A stretch of 63,359 nt of DNA, filler included, from Octopus bimaculoides (GCF_001194135.2; 5 parts of 5 records of this genome joined end to end with filler, not necessarily neighbours in it); one strand, 5' to 3'; numbered from the whole stretch's first letter, positions 11,486-24,170 are shown. Made by a program: numbers and translations. The notes: a model not told the origin generated them from the letters alone.

Positions 11486-11705
11486 TGTATACATACACAT
11501 ATACATACACAGCCAGATTTATAGGGGAACAAATGAGGTAATTGATCCCCCCCCCCCACCTGTGATGGGTAGTGGGCCCTGTAGACCAGGAAGCCCTCCA
11601 CCACCTAGCTTGCATAAAGAGGGCCTTCCCTCAACACCTTAAAAGAAATCTACTTAAACCTTTATTAAAAAAGATTCCATTTTTGTCTCCACTTTAGTGA
11701 CTCAC

Positions 11706-11771
11706 CTTTGAAGTAGCTACAATCCAGTTATGCAAAAGCAGCTTAAAATAATTTGGGAATAAAACAAGCAG
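11706..11771 (-). CDS. Candidate 66-nt phase 0-0 host exon (LLVLFPNYFKLLLHNWIVATSK)
   Basis: Long pyrimidine tract CTCTCGTTCTTGCTGTTCATTCTGTTTTTCATTGTTATTTTTTCTAAATCCAG; donor AAG|GTGAGT; single open frame; not visibly TE-derived. Confidence 0.55.
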
Positions 11772-12204
11772 CTGGATTTAGAAAAAATAACAATGAAAAA
11801 CAGAATGAACAGCAAGAACGAGAGCTTTCTGAAAAATATTCAGNNNNNNNNNNNNNNNNNNNNNNNNNNNNNNNNNNNNNNNNNNNNNNNNNNNNNNNNN
11901 NNNNNNNNNNNNNNNNNNNNNNNNNNNNNNNNNNTCAGGGTAGATGTTGTTTGACCCTGCAATTACCTGTCAATTTCAGGCTTTAAAACACAGACAAGCA
12001 TTCACTCACATACAATACCACTCCCTAAAGTTCGTTATTTTGTTGGACATTGAAGTGTTTTGGTATTATAGTCATATTTATGGAAACAAAAGAAGGAAGA
12101 CTGTTTGGCTTCCAAAATTTTGATTTTTTTAAAATTCAGTTTTGCATAACATCAATCCGCAGATAACAGTTTTCTTTTTATCATTCAGCTTTGGAATATG
12201 ACGT

Positions 12205-12420
12205 TTCTTTTACTTGTTTCAGTCATTGACCATAGCCATGCTGGAGCACTGCCTTGAAGGTTTTTTTTTTTAGTCAAATCAACCCCAGGACTTATTTTTT
12301 TAAGCCTAGTACTTATTCTATCGGTCTCTTTTACCAAACCACTAAGTTATGGGGATGTCAACACACCAACACTGGTTGTCAAGCAGAGATGGTGGGAACA
12401 AACAGATGCAAAGACACACA
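12205..12420 (-). mobile_element. SINE 3' half
   Basis: Reverse complement of the shared tail (CTTGTTTCAGTCATT...CTAGTACTTATTCTATCGGTCTC). Confidence 0.85.
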
Positions 12421-12873
12421 CACACACACAGATATACATACATACATATATATATGTACTACATGTGGTTAAAATGAAAAATGTAAATTCGACTTTCACT
12501 AGTATATATGTGCAAATGTATGTATATGGTCATGCAGCTTTGATGTTCATATGAGTATGTGTATATATTTGTACTTATATGCTTCACAATATTTGTGCTG
12601 AAGAGAGCAGTATTTTATTACTTTTAGCTAAAAATTGATCTGATATTCAATTAACTGGAAAGCTTTTTACAACCTGTGCTATAGGAGATATAAGGTGGCT
12701 TTTAGTGCCATTTGGCATTTATGTCTAATGTGTGGAGAGGTTTTCTGATCCCTTCAAAATAATTATGTATATAATTATAAATTATAGTATTTAGAAATTA
12801 CCTATGAGGTTTTTATTACACACTGACCATTTGATAAAATCATTAAAGTGATTTTTATCCTTAATTCAATAAA

Positions 12874-12909
<36 letters not shown>

Positions 12910-13022
12910 NNNNNNNNNNNNNNNNNNNNNNNNNNNNNNNNNNNNNNNNNNNNNNNNNNNNNNNNNNNNNNNNNNNNNNNNNNNNNNNNNNNNNNNNNNN
13001 NNNNNNNNNNNNNNNNNNNNNN

Positions 13023-13148
13023 TCCTTCAGTTTCCATCTACTAAATTCATTCACAAGGCTTTGGTTGGCCTGAGGCTATAGTAGAAGGTACTTGTCCAAG
13101 GTGCTACACAGTGGGACTGGACCTGGAGCCATGTGGTTGGGAAGCAAA
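13023..13148 (-). mobile_element. tRNA-derived SINE 5' half (CpG-decayed)
   Basis: Reverse complement of the head-core (CAGTTTCCATCTAC...CAAGGTG...GTGGGACTG). Confidence 0.85.
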
Positions 13149-13329
13149 TTGTTGTTATAGATATTTTTGTGTTACATTCACAAAACATTTCAGTGATGAC
13201 AGTGATTTAGTACCTGTCACTGTTGCTATTCTTCAACTTTATTTTTCAATTAGTCTATGGCCACCAATTTTCTACTACTACTAAGACCTCCACCACCTAG
13301 GAGAAACATATCAACTCAAGATATTGAAG

Positions 13330-14463
13330 ATGAAGAATCCTACTGACATGGATAGTGAAGTGCCATCTTGGGATCTAGACCAAGCCAGGTAATTTTTTGT
13401 CGGAGAAAAATAGTTATCCTTGTTCTGAACCCAGAATCTTGATGCCATTATATAAAAAAATGTAAAGGCAAATTGTCATTATTTTAAAAATTCAATGTTA
13501 TACACTATTAATGACAATTGATAAGTAGCATTTGAGCAAGTGGATCCTGTATAGCCTATCAAAGAGTGCAGTTTACTGCTTTTACTGTGCTTTGTTGTCA
13601 AACCTCTGTGACAAGCTTTCCAACAAGGATGGTTTTAATGATTGGAAAAAAAGGTAGAGAAGAAAACAAAAACACATGAATAAAACCAAGGCCTGAGAGA
13701 TTCTGCGCTGCAGTTCAATATTTTATGTAGGGAATACTCTCAGGGTGATAGTGAGTTGGAAAAACCAGTGCAGAAAAGCAAGAAATATTGGACTGAAAAA
13801 TAGTGCTATGTTGTAGTTGTGACAACAATTCTAGCCTACAGAGGTAGTGAAGAGATCATAGGATCTAAATTTAATGGAAATTTTTGAGAAATTATGGAAC
13901 CTATTGCACAATTTAATCCATTTCTAAGGGGTCACTTGAAAACATTTGGCAATCCCAGAAGTGGTTAGCACTCATACTTATCACTATAATCTATGAAGAA
14001 AACTGTTCTGTTGAATGCAAAATATTCAAATCATATTGTAACAGAATTTAAAATTGCCAAGTATTTGTCAGTTTCTGTAGGTTAAAGACCAGACCACACT
14101 CATATTGATCAGTGAACAGTTATTGTGCATTATGCTGTTTCTGTTAAGCCGATAGAAAGGTTTTTAACTTCCCTGCTGACTAGTTCTCATAAAGTGGAAG
14201 TACTAAAAGAAAAGAACTTAGTTATAATATCTGCTCCCTGTGCTATGCATTTATTGAATCTTGTTGGATATGATACTGCTTCTTGCTGTGTTGAAGTGAT
14301 TAGCTATTTTGGTTTCATACAAAAGGTATACACTTTTTTTCCTGTATTGACTCACAGATGAGTAACTTTAATGAAATCTTTGGAAGGAAATAAAAGAGAA
14401 CTAGCTTTTGATGTCCTTGTCAGAAACTTGTTAGTTAGCAAGAGCATATGCTATTGAAGCCTT
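13330..14463 (+). mobile_element. hAT (Tip100/ZMYM1-like) transposase pseudogene
   Basis: WILYSLSKSAVYCF, DGFNDWKK, LAYRGSEE...NGNF, AKYLSVSV...PDHTHIDQ, PCAMHLLNLVG...YFGFIQKVYTFF, LSET..ARAYAIEA. Confidence 0.85.
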
Positions 14464-15308
14464 CCTATTGAGGAACTAGCAGCGAAGCTTGGATTTGGTC
14501 ATTCAACCATTCATCGACACCTGCGTGACATCGGAAAAGTCAGTAAATTGAGTCAATAGGTTCCTCACAAACTTTCGAGTCTAATCATGCACAGAGAGTG
14601 AATGTGTGCTCTTCTTTGCTGTCATGTCTCATGAATGAATTTTTTTTTAACTGAATAGTAACTGGTAATGAGAAATGGGTTCTCTATAGAAACGTCAAGT
14701 GCCAAAGACAGAGGATAGGGAAAGGAGAAACACCGGCACCCCAGGCTAAAGAAGGTCTTCACCCATATAAGGTGTTGTTATCTGTCTGGTGAGATATGAA
14801 AGGTTTAGTCCACTTTGAACTTTTAAACCCAAACCAAACAATAACAAAGGAAATCTACTGTGAGAAGCTTCAGTGGCTCAAGTCAGCACTAGAAGAAAAA
14901 TGACCATCTTTGGTTTCAAGATGAAAGGTGTTCTTCCATCAGGATAATGCTCGGCTGCATACAGCAAGGATGACATTTCAAAGGCTAGAGCAGTTTGAAT
15001 GGGAAACAATGCCCCACCCACCATATTCACCAGACATTGCCCCATCTGATTATCATTTATTCTGTAGTCTTCAAAATCATTTGGCTGGAAAAAATATGAA
15101 TTCTGTAGAGGTCAGAATAGTACTAGAAGAGTATTTTTCATCATGGACAAGTGAATTTTCGGAAAGGTGCCTTGCAAGTCTACCAAATAGATGGAAGAAC
15201 ATTGTAGAAAATGAATGAGTATATTTTAGATTTAAAAAAACTTTATCTTAATTTTGAAAAATAAAAGAAGTATAAAAAAACTCACATTATTTATGGGATA
15301 ACCCAATA
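14464..15308 (+). mobile_element. Mariner (DD34D) transposase pseudogene with 3' TIR
   Basis: IVTGNEKW, HQDNARLH and SPDIAPSDYHLF with 34 residues between D2 and D3; ends TTATTTATGGGATAACCCAA-TA. Confidence 0.92.
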
Positions 15309-15364
15309 TATATACAAATACATACATACACACACATATATGTATATACATGCATTTATTCTGT

Positions 15365-15905
15365 TTTTCAAGCAATCCCTTTTCCTTGAAACAGTTGGAA
15401 TTTGCTGCTAGTCTTGAGGTGTCTCAGCAGGCTGTTAAGATATAGGGTGAAAAGTCGCTAATAACTTTCAACCCTGACAAGAAGAAACTCATACAAATGG
15501 GAGGAAGATAGGGATCCTGCTTCCTACTGAAAGACATGAGTTACAGCTGTGAGGTATCACATGGTGAGATAGTCAAACCAGTAGAGGATAGGTCTTCTTT
15601 GAAACTCCTTGGTCTTACTTGCTTCAGAAGTGATTCTCTAATTTAATTGGTCCCTCACTTGCTTCAACCCTGCAACTCATTACATTAAGCTGGTGTTGAC
15701 AGTCTTAGTTATTTCTATTGTTATCACCACAGGAAGTGCTCTGATGAACTTTTTCTCTTTGTTCCAGATCACTTGTCTCTAAACTCAGTGTTTTTATCCA
15801 AATGCTGTTCTGCTTCCAGGTATAAGGAAGTCTTTCTATGGTCATAGCTTTTTCCTCGAACTGCCAGCATTTGGAACTCTTTGATAGTGTAAATCTAGGC
15901 CAAAC
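15365..15905 (+). mobile_element. CR1-group LINE RT C-terminal relic
   Basis: GEKSLITFNPDK, SLKLLGLT, FYCYHHRKCSDELFLFVP...SFFPRTASIWNSL. Confidence 0.75.
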
Positions 15906-15928
15906 ACACTGTATAAATAAATAAATAA

Positions 15929-15962
<34 letters not shown>

Positions 15963-15963
15963 A

Positions 15964-16102
15964 TATTTTCTCCTTATTTCTTTCTGTTGAAGAGCGTAGC
16001 TCGAAACGTTAGACTTTCTCTATTCCCAAGCGTTAAACTAATACATCCATTTGTTGTTTACACCACCTGTCTTCATCTGTTGTTTTTTTCGTAAATTCTC
16101 CC
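15964..16102 (+). mobile_element. Small ORF-less hammerhead-bearing element, copy A
   Basis: Homologous to 55380-55550 (-) and 60185-60280 (+); flanked by (TA)n. Confidence 0.8.
15979..16015 (+). ncRNA. Variant minimal hammerhead motif (copy A)
   Basis: UCUUU-CUGUUGA-A-GAGC-GUA-GCUC-GAAACGU-U-AGAC; 3' strand of stem I partly deleted. Confidence 0.55.
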
Positions 16103-16429
16103 ATATATATATATAAAACCTGCTGAGCACATACAGGTAAACCATCAAAATAAACTCATTAATATACCAACTATTCATTATTCAATGTCTATTTTTATTC
16201 ATCCAATTATGACACAATTCTATAATGTGACATTTCCTGACTCACACATTGTTTATCATGAAGCTTACGCCTATTCATCCAATCATGTGGCACTTAGTTG
16301 ACTATCAGGTGACATTTTATTAATACATTGACTCATTTTATGGAGTTACTCTTTTTTCACTTCAGGGCGCTTGTTAGTACAATCATATTCATTTACATCA
16401 TGGACAATTGGAATTAGTTTACCTTTTTA

Positions 16430-17550
16430 CATTTTGTTTTGGAATTATTATCATTACTACATAACCTCTCTACTTCCAAAGAAATTTTCAAGAAAGCTAC
16501 CTTGGCTAATAGTGACTTCAAAGATAAATTAACATGTAATCACTCTAATAATAATCAAAATATTAATAATAGATTTAGTGGCATCAAAGATAAAGTAGTA
16601 CATAACCACTCTAGTATCAATCAGGAAAAAAAGAAACCTAAAAATAGGCCAAGGAAAATTATTTGGCTCGCTCCTCCCTTTTCCCTTAATATAAAAACTA
16701 ACATTGGTAAAAGATTCCTGTCACTCCTGGACAAACACTTTCCAGCTACTCACAGATACAGGAAATTATTTAATAGGCGTTCTGTGAAATTATCATATAG
16801 CTGCTACCTTAATATGAAGAGTATCATTATACGTGGTCAATACCAAGAACCTGAATCCAGTTGCAACTGTCACAACCCAGGATCCTGTCCACTTGACCAA
16901 CAATATACGACTAAATCTATCATATATGTGGAAGAAGTTACTGCAACCCTAAATAATACTACAACTGATAAGAAGACCTATTGGATTATGTGAAGGCGAA
17001 TTTAAAAATCGCTAATTCAATAAGATAGCCCCCTTCTGATATAAGGACAAAAGTAAAGCTACTAAGTTGGCTAGCTACGTATGAACCTTGAAAGATAACA
17101 AAACAGTGTATGTGATTAAATGGAAAGTAACTGAGAAATCCATACCTTATGTGAATGGATCGAATAAATGTAGACTTTGTTTGGCTGAAAGAGTGCAAAT
17201 CCTGTTCAGATCTAAGATCTCTAACTCTCTGTTGAACTCCAGGTCAGAAATTTTCAGTGGTTGCATGCATATGTATAAATATATTTTGAAGAACTGGAAA
17301 ATTTTGCCTATTCCTGACTGACTTGATATCTTTCCAGCCTTATCATTCAAGGTCTAAGGAGGATAGCTCTTTATCTTTTTACATCTTAGTTTCTATTTTT
17401 TGTTGGTTACTGTCTGCGTTTTCTATATGCTGCCTTCAGTTTTTTCCCCGTTTCTTCTTTTATTCAATTTCTTTAGTTCGTTATATGTGGTTTGCGCCTG
17501 AAGAATATGTTTGAGTTTTCTTAACATATGAAAGTATTAGTAGCACTTTA
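16430..17550 (+). mobile_element. PLE 3' half (RT thumb, linker, GIY-YIG) with 3' tail
   Basis: RKIIWLAPPFSLNIKTNIGKRFLSLLDKHFP...KLFNRRSVKLSYSC, CNCHNPGSCPL, SIIY, CEGEFKNR, CRLCLAE, LLNSRSEIFSGCMH; frameshifts. Confidence 0.93.
17494..17546 (+). ncRNA. Hammerhead motif in the PLE tail
   Basis: GCGC-CUGAAGA-AUAUGUU-(11 nt)-AACAUAU-GAAA-G-UAUUA-GUA-GCAC; perfect 7-bp stem II; position 15.2 is G instead of C. Confidence 0.7.
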
Positions 17551-17579
17551 ATATATGTATTGTGACCTTTAAATAAATA

Positions 17580-17610
<31 letters not shown>

Positions 17611-17614
17611 CACA

Positions 17615-18483
17615 GACACTCTACCTTTCTCTCGCTCAGAGTGAAAGGTAGATTGTGCGATGCATTTGTGTGAACTGCCATGCTACATGGCAGTGAAACA
17701 TGGGCTGTGGCTGCAGAGGACATGCGTAGGCTCAAAAGAAATGAAGCTAGCATGATCCACTGGATGTGTAATGTCTGTGTACACACGACAGTGTAAGTGC
17801 CCTGAGAGAAATGTTGAACATAAGAAGCATCGGATGTGGCATGCAAGAGAGACATTTGCACTGGTATGGTCATGTACTATGGCTGGATGAGGAGAACTGT
17901 GTGAAGAAGTGTCACTCCCGAACAGTTGAAAGAATCCGGGGTAGAGGTGGACCCAGGATGAGGTGGTCAAGCATGACCTTCGAACGTTGAGCCTCACAGA
18001 GGCAATGACGAAAGACCAAAACCTCTAGAGATATGCTGTGACTGTGAAGACCCGGCAAATAAAGTGAGTTCATGGCTGTATCCTACACCAGTTTCGCATA
18101 ACCAGCCCCAGCCCATTCAAAAGTACCTTGGATTGTAGGGCGACCTGCTATGCTCGAGGAGACCTATTGAGTCAAGTACATCAACATCAAAACGAAAATC
18201 AAATGGAGTTGTAGTTGTGATACCCATGCCAGTGGCACGTAAAAAGCACCATCTGAACGTGGCCGATGCCAGCGCTGCCTTGACCAGCTTCTGTGCCGGT
18301 GGCATGTAAAAAGCACCAACTACATTCACGGAGTGGTTGGTGTTAGAAAGGACATCCAGCTGTAGAAACACAGCCAGATCAGACTGGAGCCTGGTGCAGC
18401 CTTCTGGCTTCCCAGACCCCAGTCAAACCGTCCAACCCATGCTAGCAGAGAAAACAGACATTAAATGATGATGATGATGATGA
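17615..18483 (+). mobile_element. RTE-clade LINE 3' end
   Basis: LSLRVKGRL...AMLHGSETWAV...HLHWYGHV...GRGGPR; 3' UTR ending in (GAT)n. Confidence 0.92.
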
Positions 18484-18839
18484 CACACATCACACTCATG
18501 AGTCTCCCTACCCTTTGACAGGTTTTACTTTTTGTTCTGCATGGTGTCCAACAATCACACCCTCTCACCAAGCAAGTTCAGTGGGGTTGCCAGTTTAGTT
18601 GCTGATGACCCAACCAAGTAACAGTAGTGCTCAAAAGTGACCTGACCTGTCAAGGGGCAGAGGAACTCATGAGTAGTCAATGGCCATCCAACAATGTGTA
18701 CCTAAGTATATATATATATATTATATACTTTCAAATTTTATATTATATTTTTTATATATTTGTTGGTTTTTATATTCCTTTTTATATATTTTTTATATTC
18801 ATTGTATGTGTATGCGTGTGTTTGTGTTGGTATGTTGAA

Positions 18840-20765
18840 CCACCAACCCTCAACCCATTGGTATATCAAGCCATACAATCATTACTTGATCTGCGACCAG
18901 TTTTCCAGCACTTATAGATCAGTTTCTGAGATGAGAAGTAAAAATGTTTGTATTGCTGGTGTTTCACAGACAAGGCTACCAGATTCCAGTCAGCTGCATG
19001 AAATAGTTAGATGGTACACTTTCTTCTGGACTGGTAAATCTGATGCAGAAAAAAAGGGTATCTGGTGTAGGTTTCACTATTAGCAATGATATTGTACATA
19101 AACTAGAACCCTTACTAAATGGAATTACTGATGGTCTTAAGTTATTGTGAATCCCAATAAGCCTAAAAAAATATGCTACATTAGTAATTGTATACACACC
19201 AACAGTTGATTCTATAAATGCAGATAAAGTTCTATGCTGATTTATGAATATTATTGAATTGGATTCCCAAACAAGATAACATTTTTCTCATAGGAGATAT
19301 CAATGTTGGATCAGATTACCAAATATTCTTGGTAAGCATGGTCTTGGCAAAATGAACTCAAATGGACTCTTGCTACTATCTTTGTGCAGTGAGTTTGGAC
19401 TTTCTGTCACCAATACACTTTTTCAATAGTCCAATAAAAACAAAGTTACTTGGTATCATCCTAGATCAGCTTATGGTCACTTTGATTGACTATGTGATTG
19501 TCGAAAGGCAAGATAGAAATGATGTTAAACTAACACATTTTTTCCATAATGCAGAATACTGGTCTCATTATGCTATGGTTTGTCGTAAGACCAAAGCCAA
19601 TCATAAAAATTCATTAGGAGACTTGACATCTCAAAGTAGGTAACAAGGATTTTCTCACTCAAACAATTGATTAAAAGTTACATAATATTAGAATCACGGA
19701 AAATATAGAAGAATCATGGGGTCAACTTGGAAATATTATTAATGAGTCATCCAGAGAAGTTCTTAGGTTTTCATGCTATAAAACCAAGATATGTTTGATG
19801 AAAATGACAAGGTTATAAATGAACTGCTTCAAGAAATGTAGACTTCACAAAGAATGGGTTGTAGATAAGAACACTTCTACAAAGAAAAAGCTTTACAAGT
19901 CTACCAAAAACTCTGTTCAAACTAAACTCCAAAGCAACCGTGGTGGTAACAAAAGGCTAGAGCCCTACAAGAATCAGTTGACAGATATGACATGGACAGT
20001 CTTTATCAACATTTGAATGGGCTATTTGGTCCAAACAAAGAAAGATGCTCTCCTGTTCTTTCTACAGAAGAGAATCTTCTCACAGATCACAGTGACATTG
20101 AAATGTTGGGCAGAACATTTTAAGGGTGTACTCAACAGAGATATAAATGTAGACATGAACTCAATCAATAATATTCCCCAAAGACTCTCTTGCATTGGAT
20201 CCATGTTTGGATGAAGTGAAAGTAGCAATAAAACAATCGACAATGGGAAAAGCTTCAGGAGAGGATAGTATTTCTACAGAAATATTTTGATAGATAAACT
20301 AACAGAGGTTATGGTCCAAATGTAGCAAATAGGAACTCTCAAATGGCAGTCAGTCTCAGCCTTTTGATATCAAAAATGGTGCAAAACGAGGTTGTGCTTT
20401 GGCACCAGTATTAGTTGCACTATTTTTGTAATGATGCTAGATTGTGCCTTTTCTGATGTAGAAGAGAGTATGTTTCTTGAATATAGGACAATGGGAAGCA
20501 TCTTCAACCAACATTTCAAAGCAATGACTAAAGATGCATCTCAGACAATGAGACGCAGATGATTGTGCCTTAGTTGCTCATCCACTCGAGGACATCCAGC
20601 ACATCATTAACAAATTTGTAGCAGTAGCCAGATATTTTGGCTTAACTATCAGCATGAAAAAGACTGAACTGTTGTATCAGTCATGTTCTGGTAACAATCT
20701 ACAAATCTTGCCTAGCTCTGAAAAGTGTTGATGCTTTCACCTATTTGGGTTCTATAGTAACAAGT
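18840..20765 (+). mobile_element. RTE/BovB-like LINE ORF (APE + RT), decayed with deletions
   Basis: IAGVSQTRLPDS, YTFFWTGKS, GKHGLGKMNSNGLLLL...VTNTLF...TWYHPRS, IDYVIV, GKASGEDSI, GAKRGCALAP, ADDCAL, FTYLGS. Confidence 0.88.
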
Positions 20766-20935
20766 GTTGTTCAGCGGAAAAACTCTTAAACCAAATAGAT
20801 CCAATTGCAACTGCAAATTTTGGAATAAATGCCTGTTGCAAGCTAATGACGGGAGGTTTAATGTAATTTATAAGTGCACGATCATTAATAAACTCCAAAA
20901 TTCCACCAAGAAATTTATTGGAGCTACTACTAATT
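20765..20935 (+). mobile_element. PLE GIY-YIG fragment
   Basis: SNCNCKFWNKCLL...NVIYKCTII...KKFIGAT. Confidence 0.7.
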
Positions 20936-20939
20936 GCTC

Positions 20940-21862
20940 CAATGGATGTGTAATGTCAGTGTGCATACTCGACAGAGTGTAACTACCTTGAGAGAAAAGT
21001 TAGACCTAAGAAGCATCAGTTGTGGTGTGCAAGAGAGACGATTGCGCTGGTATGGTCATGTGGCAAGAATGGATGAGGATAGCTGTGTGAAAAAGTGCCA
21101 CACCATAGAGGTTGAAGGAACCTGTGGAAGAGGTAGACCCAGGAAGACCGTGGATGAGGTGGTGAAGCAAGACCTTCGAACTTTAGGCTTCACAGAGGCA
21201 ATGGCTAGTGACCGGGACCTTTGGAAATATGCAGTACATGAGAAGACCTGGCAAGCCAAGTGAGTGTATAATCTGTGGCCTCTGCCAGAAGTGTAGCCAG
21301 CTCACTTATTTGTATCTTTACTTCATTGGACACTAAACTCTGCTTGCGAAGACCTGTTGGGGTAAGTGAAATCGAAATTGTAATTGAAGCATATTCAATG
21401 ACCGGCACCTGTGCCAGTGGAGCACTAACAGCACCGGCTGAGTGTGATCATTGCCAGAGCAGCTGTCTGGCTTCTGTGCTAGTGTCACGTAAATAGCACC
21501 ATTTGAGCATGGTCCTTACCAGCGTCGCCTTACTGGCACTTGTGCCGGTGGCACATTAGAAAATCATTCGAGTGAGGTCATTGCCAGTGCCACTGGACTG
21601 GCTCCTGTGCAGGTGGCACGTAAAAAAACACCATTTTGAGCATGGTCGTTACCAGTACCGCGTGACTGGCTCTCGTGCCAGTGGCACGTAAAAGCACCCA
21701 CTACACTCTCGGAGTGGTTGGCGTTAGGAAGGGCATCCAGCTGTAGAAACTCTGCAAGATCAGATTGGAGCCTGGTGCAGCCATCCGGTTCACCAGTCCT
21801 CAGTCAAATCGTCCAATGCATGCTAGCATGGAAAGCGGACATTAAACGATGATGGTGATGAT
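20940..21862 (+). mobile_element. RTE-clade LINE 3' end with sub-repeated 3' UTR
   Basis: RRLRWYGHVARMDEDSCVKKC...GRGRPRKT...DRDLW; several GCC(A/G)GTGGCAC(G)TAAAA-like units; GAT tail. Confidence 0.92.
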
Positions 21863-21984
21863 ATTCTGTGTATTTAAACTTAGTTAAATATGAAAAACAT
21901 AGATCTAATTCTCTTGTGGAACATGTGCATTACCTTAGGAAAAAAGATCATACCACATAATATAGCTCGGTCCATTATTGACTC

Positions 21985-22632
21985 AGGGGATATTTTCTGT
22001 TTGGCTGCCACTTTTCAATTTTCTTCCAAATGATTTAAAATTTGGTGTATTGATGTAATTTTGTATGCTTATTATTGACATAACATTCATTTTTGCCATA
22101 AATCAATAAATAAATTTTGGATAATTTTAGCCAATTGAAAGCCACAGACATATAGGTGCCTGTTTCCATAGTAACAAGCCAAGTGTTGGGAACTCTAGTA
22201 TAAGCATGTGTTTACAAAAATGAAAATGTGTGATTACAAAATATTTCTTTTGTTTAGGTTTTTTTTTTCTGCTCTTAAAACTACAAAATGTGTTGTTTAC
22301 TCTTGTTTTGACATTAAATGCTTAAAACTAAAAATATGTCGTTTATTCATTTTTTAAAGTCATTTTTCACTTATTAAATGCTTAAAACACTTGCTATCAT
22401 CACAATGTTGAATTATTGTTTTGTCAACTTATGATTGCAGTCACACACAAAATGACAGCTTCTGTTTTCTGACTAGGTAAAAATGATCAAACTTTAAACC
22501 TCTGTAACTTTAAAAAAAATTTTCTGGAGCAAGTGAATTAGGCCCTGAGATTCAGCATGAAAAATTACATCAATACACGAAATTTTAAAATTTAAAACAG
22601 TGCAGTCAAACATAAGTTTTGACTCAGGTCCC
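21985..22632. mobile_element. Non-autonomous DNA element with long imperfect TIRs
   Basis: TTTAAAATTTGGTGTATTGATGTAATTTTGTATGCT (about 22036-22070) is inverted at about 22554-22590; TGTTTGGCTGCCAC pairs with GTGCAGTCAAACA. Confidence 0.65.
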
Positions 22633-23299
22633 CCATACCAAGGCCAGCATGCTCCGTTGGTTATGTTTGGGGGAATCTATACAAATCATATCACATAACC
22701 ACACACAATTATTAAACAAGCAGCATGAAGCCTTCTCTAAACTTGTCCATAAATATTTTAAATAATTTAAATTTTACAAGTCTTTTGCAATAAAACAACT
22801 ACCTCATATTCTCATTGATATATAGTTTAGACATCATATGAGCTCACTTAATTAAATCAGAATATCTACATTATCATCATATCCTTTTATCTTTTATTTT
22901 ATAGATTCTCATTTTTTCCATTAATTCATATTTACACATCCCACCTAGATTATAATTAATCAAATACCTATTCAGTTGCAACACTATTGTTTTTAATTGA
23001 ACACCACCAGGGCTTCTTTTATACACTGGGTAATAATATATATATACAATTAGTTTAACTCACCAGATTTTTTTCAGATTTACTAATATGATATCTATTG
23101 TCCATTGTCTCTATATTTGCTTTATCCCTAAGCCCCATAATTTCACTCTACTGGAATTTAGTAAAAACAAAGTGTCATTTTTGTCATTTAAAATTTTTTA
23201 TTTCTTTTATTCCCAACAGGCATACATATTCATTAGCACTACAAATATTTAAATTTTATTTAACATTATGGGTATCTATTTCTAGCACCATCATAATTA

Positions 23300-24060
23300 G
23301 GTAAGCCCTAAATCTCTCCTCACCTCTAGTCGTAATCACCCTATAATTCAAAATCTTCATTATCTTTTACAACCACTTTATTAACACCCTAGAACCATGG
23401 CCAGTAATGGTAGTCAGTAAAAGGATGACAGCATCTAACGCCTGCTATACTCCATCCTTTTATCAGTCTGTCTATGCACCTACTAACTTCTTCTGACTAG
23501 CATACACCCACTATACAGACTAATATATATCTACTTTAGTACATCTACTTATCTTTCCTCCACTCTATAGTATAATATTCTTACTAAACCCTCATTCAAT
23601 CTCTATTCGAAACTGGAACTAGTAAATTCCACTATTCCTTGCCATGCATTACCATTAATCATTCTCATTTGAAACTGCTAATGGACCTTACCTAAAATTT
23701 AATTAATGTTATCAGTCTGAATACACTTGAGGCATGTTCAAACCAGTGAACAAGCTATTCACTGCTTTTATCAAAGAAAATATATCCCGTTTGTTGACAA
23801 ATGGTGTATATACACCTATATCAGCTATATAACTTTATTATTTATTTGATTATGGAACTGCATAACACATATCTATTTCACTCTGATCCTTCCTTCATTT
23901 CTGACAAACAGAAAAGTACTAATATCCTGAATTGGGGATATTTCTTCATTTTTATAGTTTTCTGACATCATCCTCTCCAATGACAATACCAAACTTATGG
24001 TAACTCAATATCACGCTTGGCTTTTATGGAAGCAGCTGTAAGAGATTGCATCGATTTATA
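23300..24060 (+). mobile_element. Possible ancient non-LTR RT relic
   Basis: Weak RT-like peptides (YNILTKP, QSEYT*GMF, YLFDYGTA); heavily decayed. Confidence 0.3.
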
Positions 24061-24131
24061 TTCTCTATCTAAATCAAATGTTTTTGAGTGATGCCAAATG
24101 CTTTGCTTCTTCATTCTTTATTTTAATCTAC

Positions 24132-24170
<39 letters not shown>

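Noticed and set aside
21400-21760. Repeated GTGGCACGTAAAA units as a CRISPR-like array or HDV-like ribozyme
   Set aside because: They are sub-repeats of an RTE 3' UTR, also seen at 18.2 kb; no regular spacers, and I could not fold an HDV double pseudoknot
23220-23300. 81-nt plus-strand exon-like segment (CAG|...AG|GTAAG, one open frame)
   Set aside because: Lies in a probable decayed LINE region, on the opposite strand to the better exon candidates, with no partner exons
23685-23710. Minus-strand TTTTAG|GTAAGG (also TTTTTTCCTAAG|GTAATG at 21928-21952) resembling recursive splice sites
   Set aside because: Expected by chance in AT-rich DNA; needs sawtooth RNA-seq evidence
22650-24100. A/C/T-skewed stretch initially suggesting a mitochondrial insertion
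   Set aside because: No mitochondrial protein, rRNA or tRNA motifs recognisable
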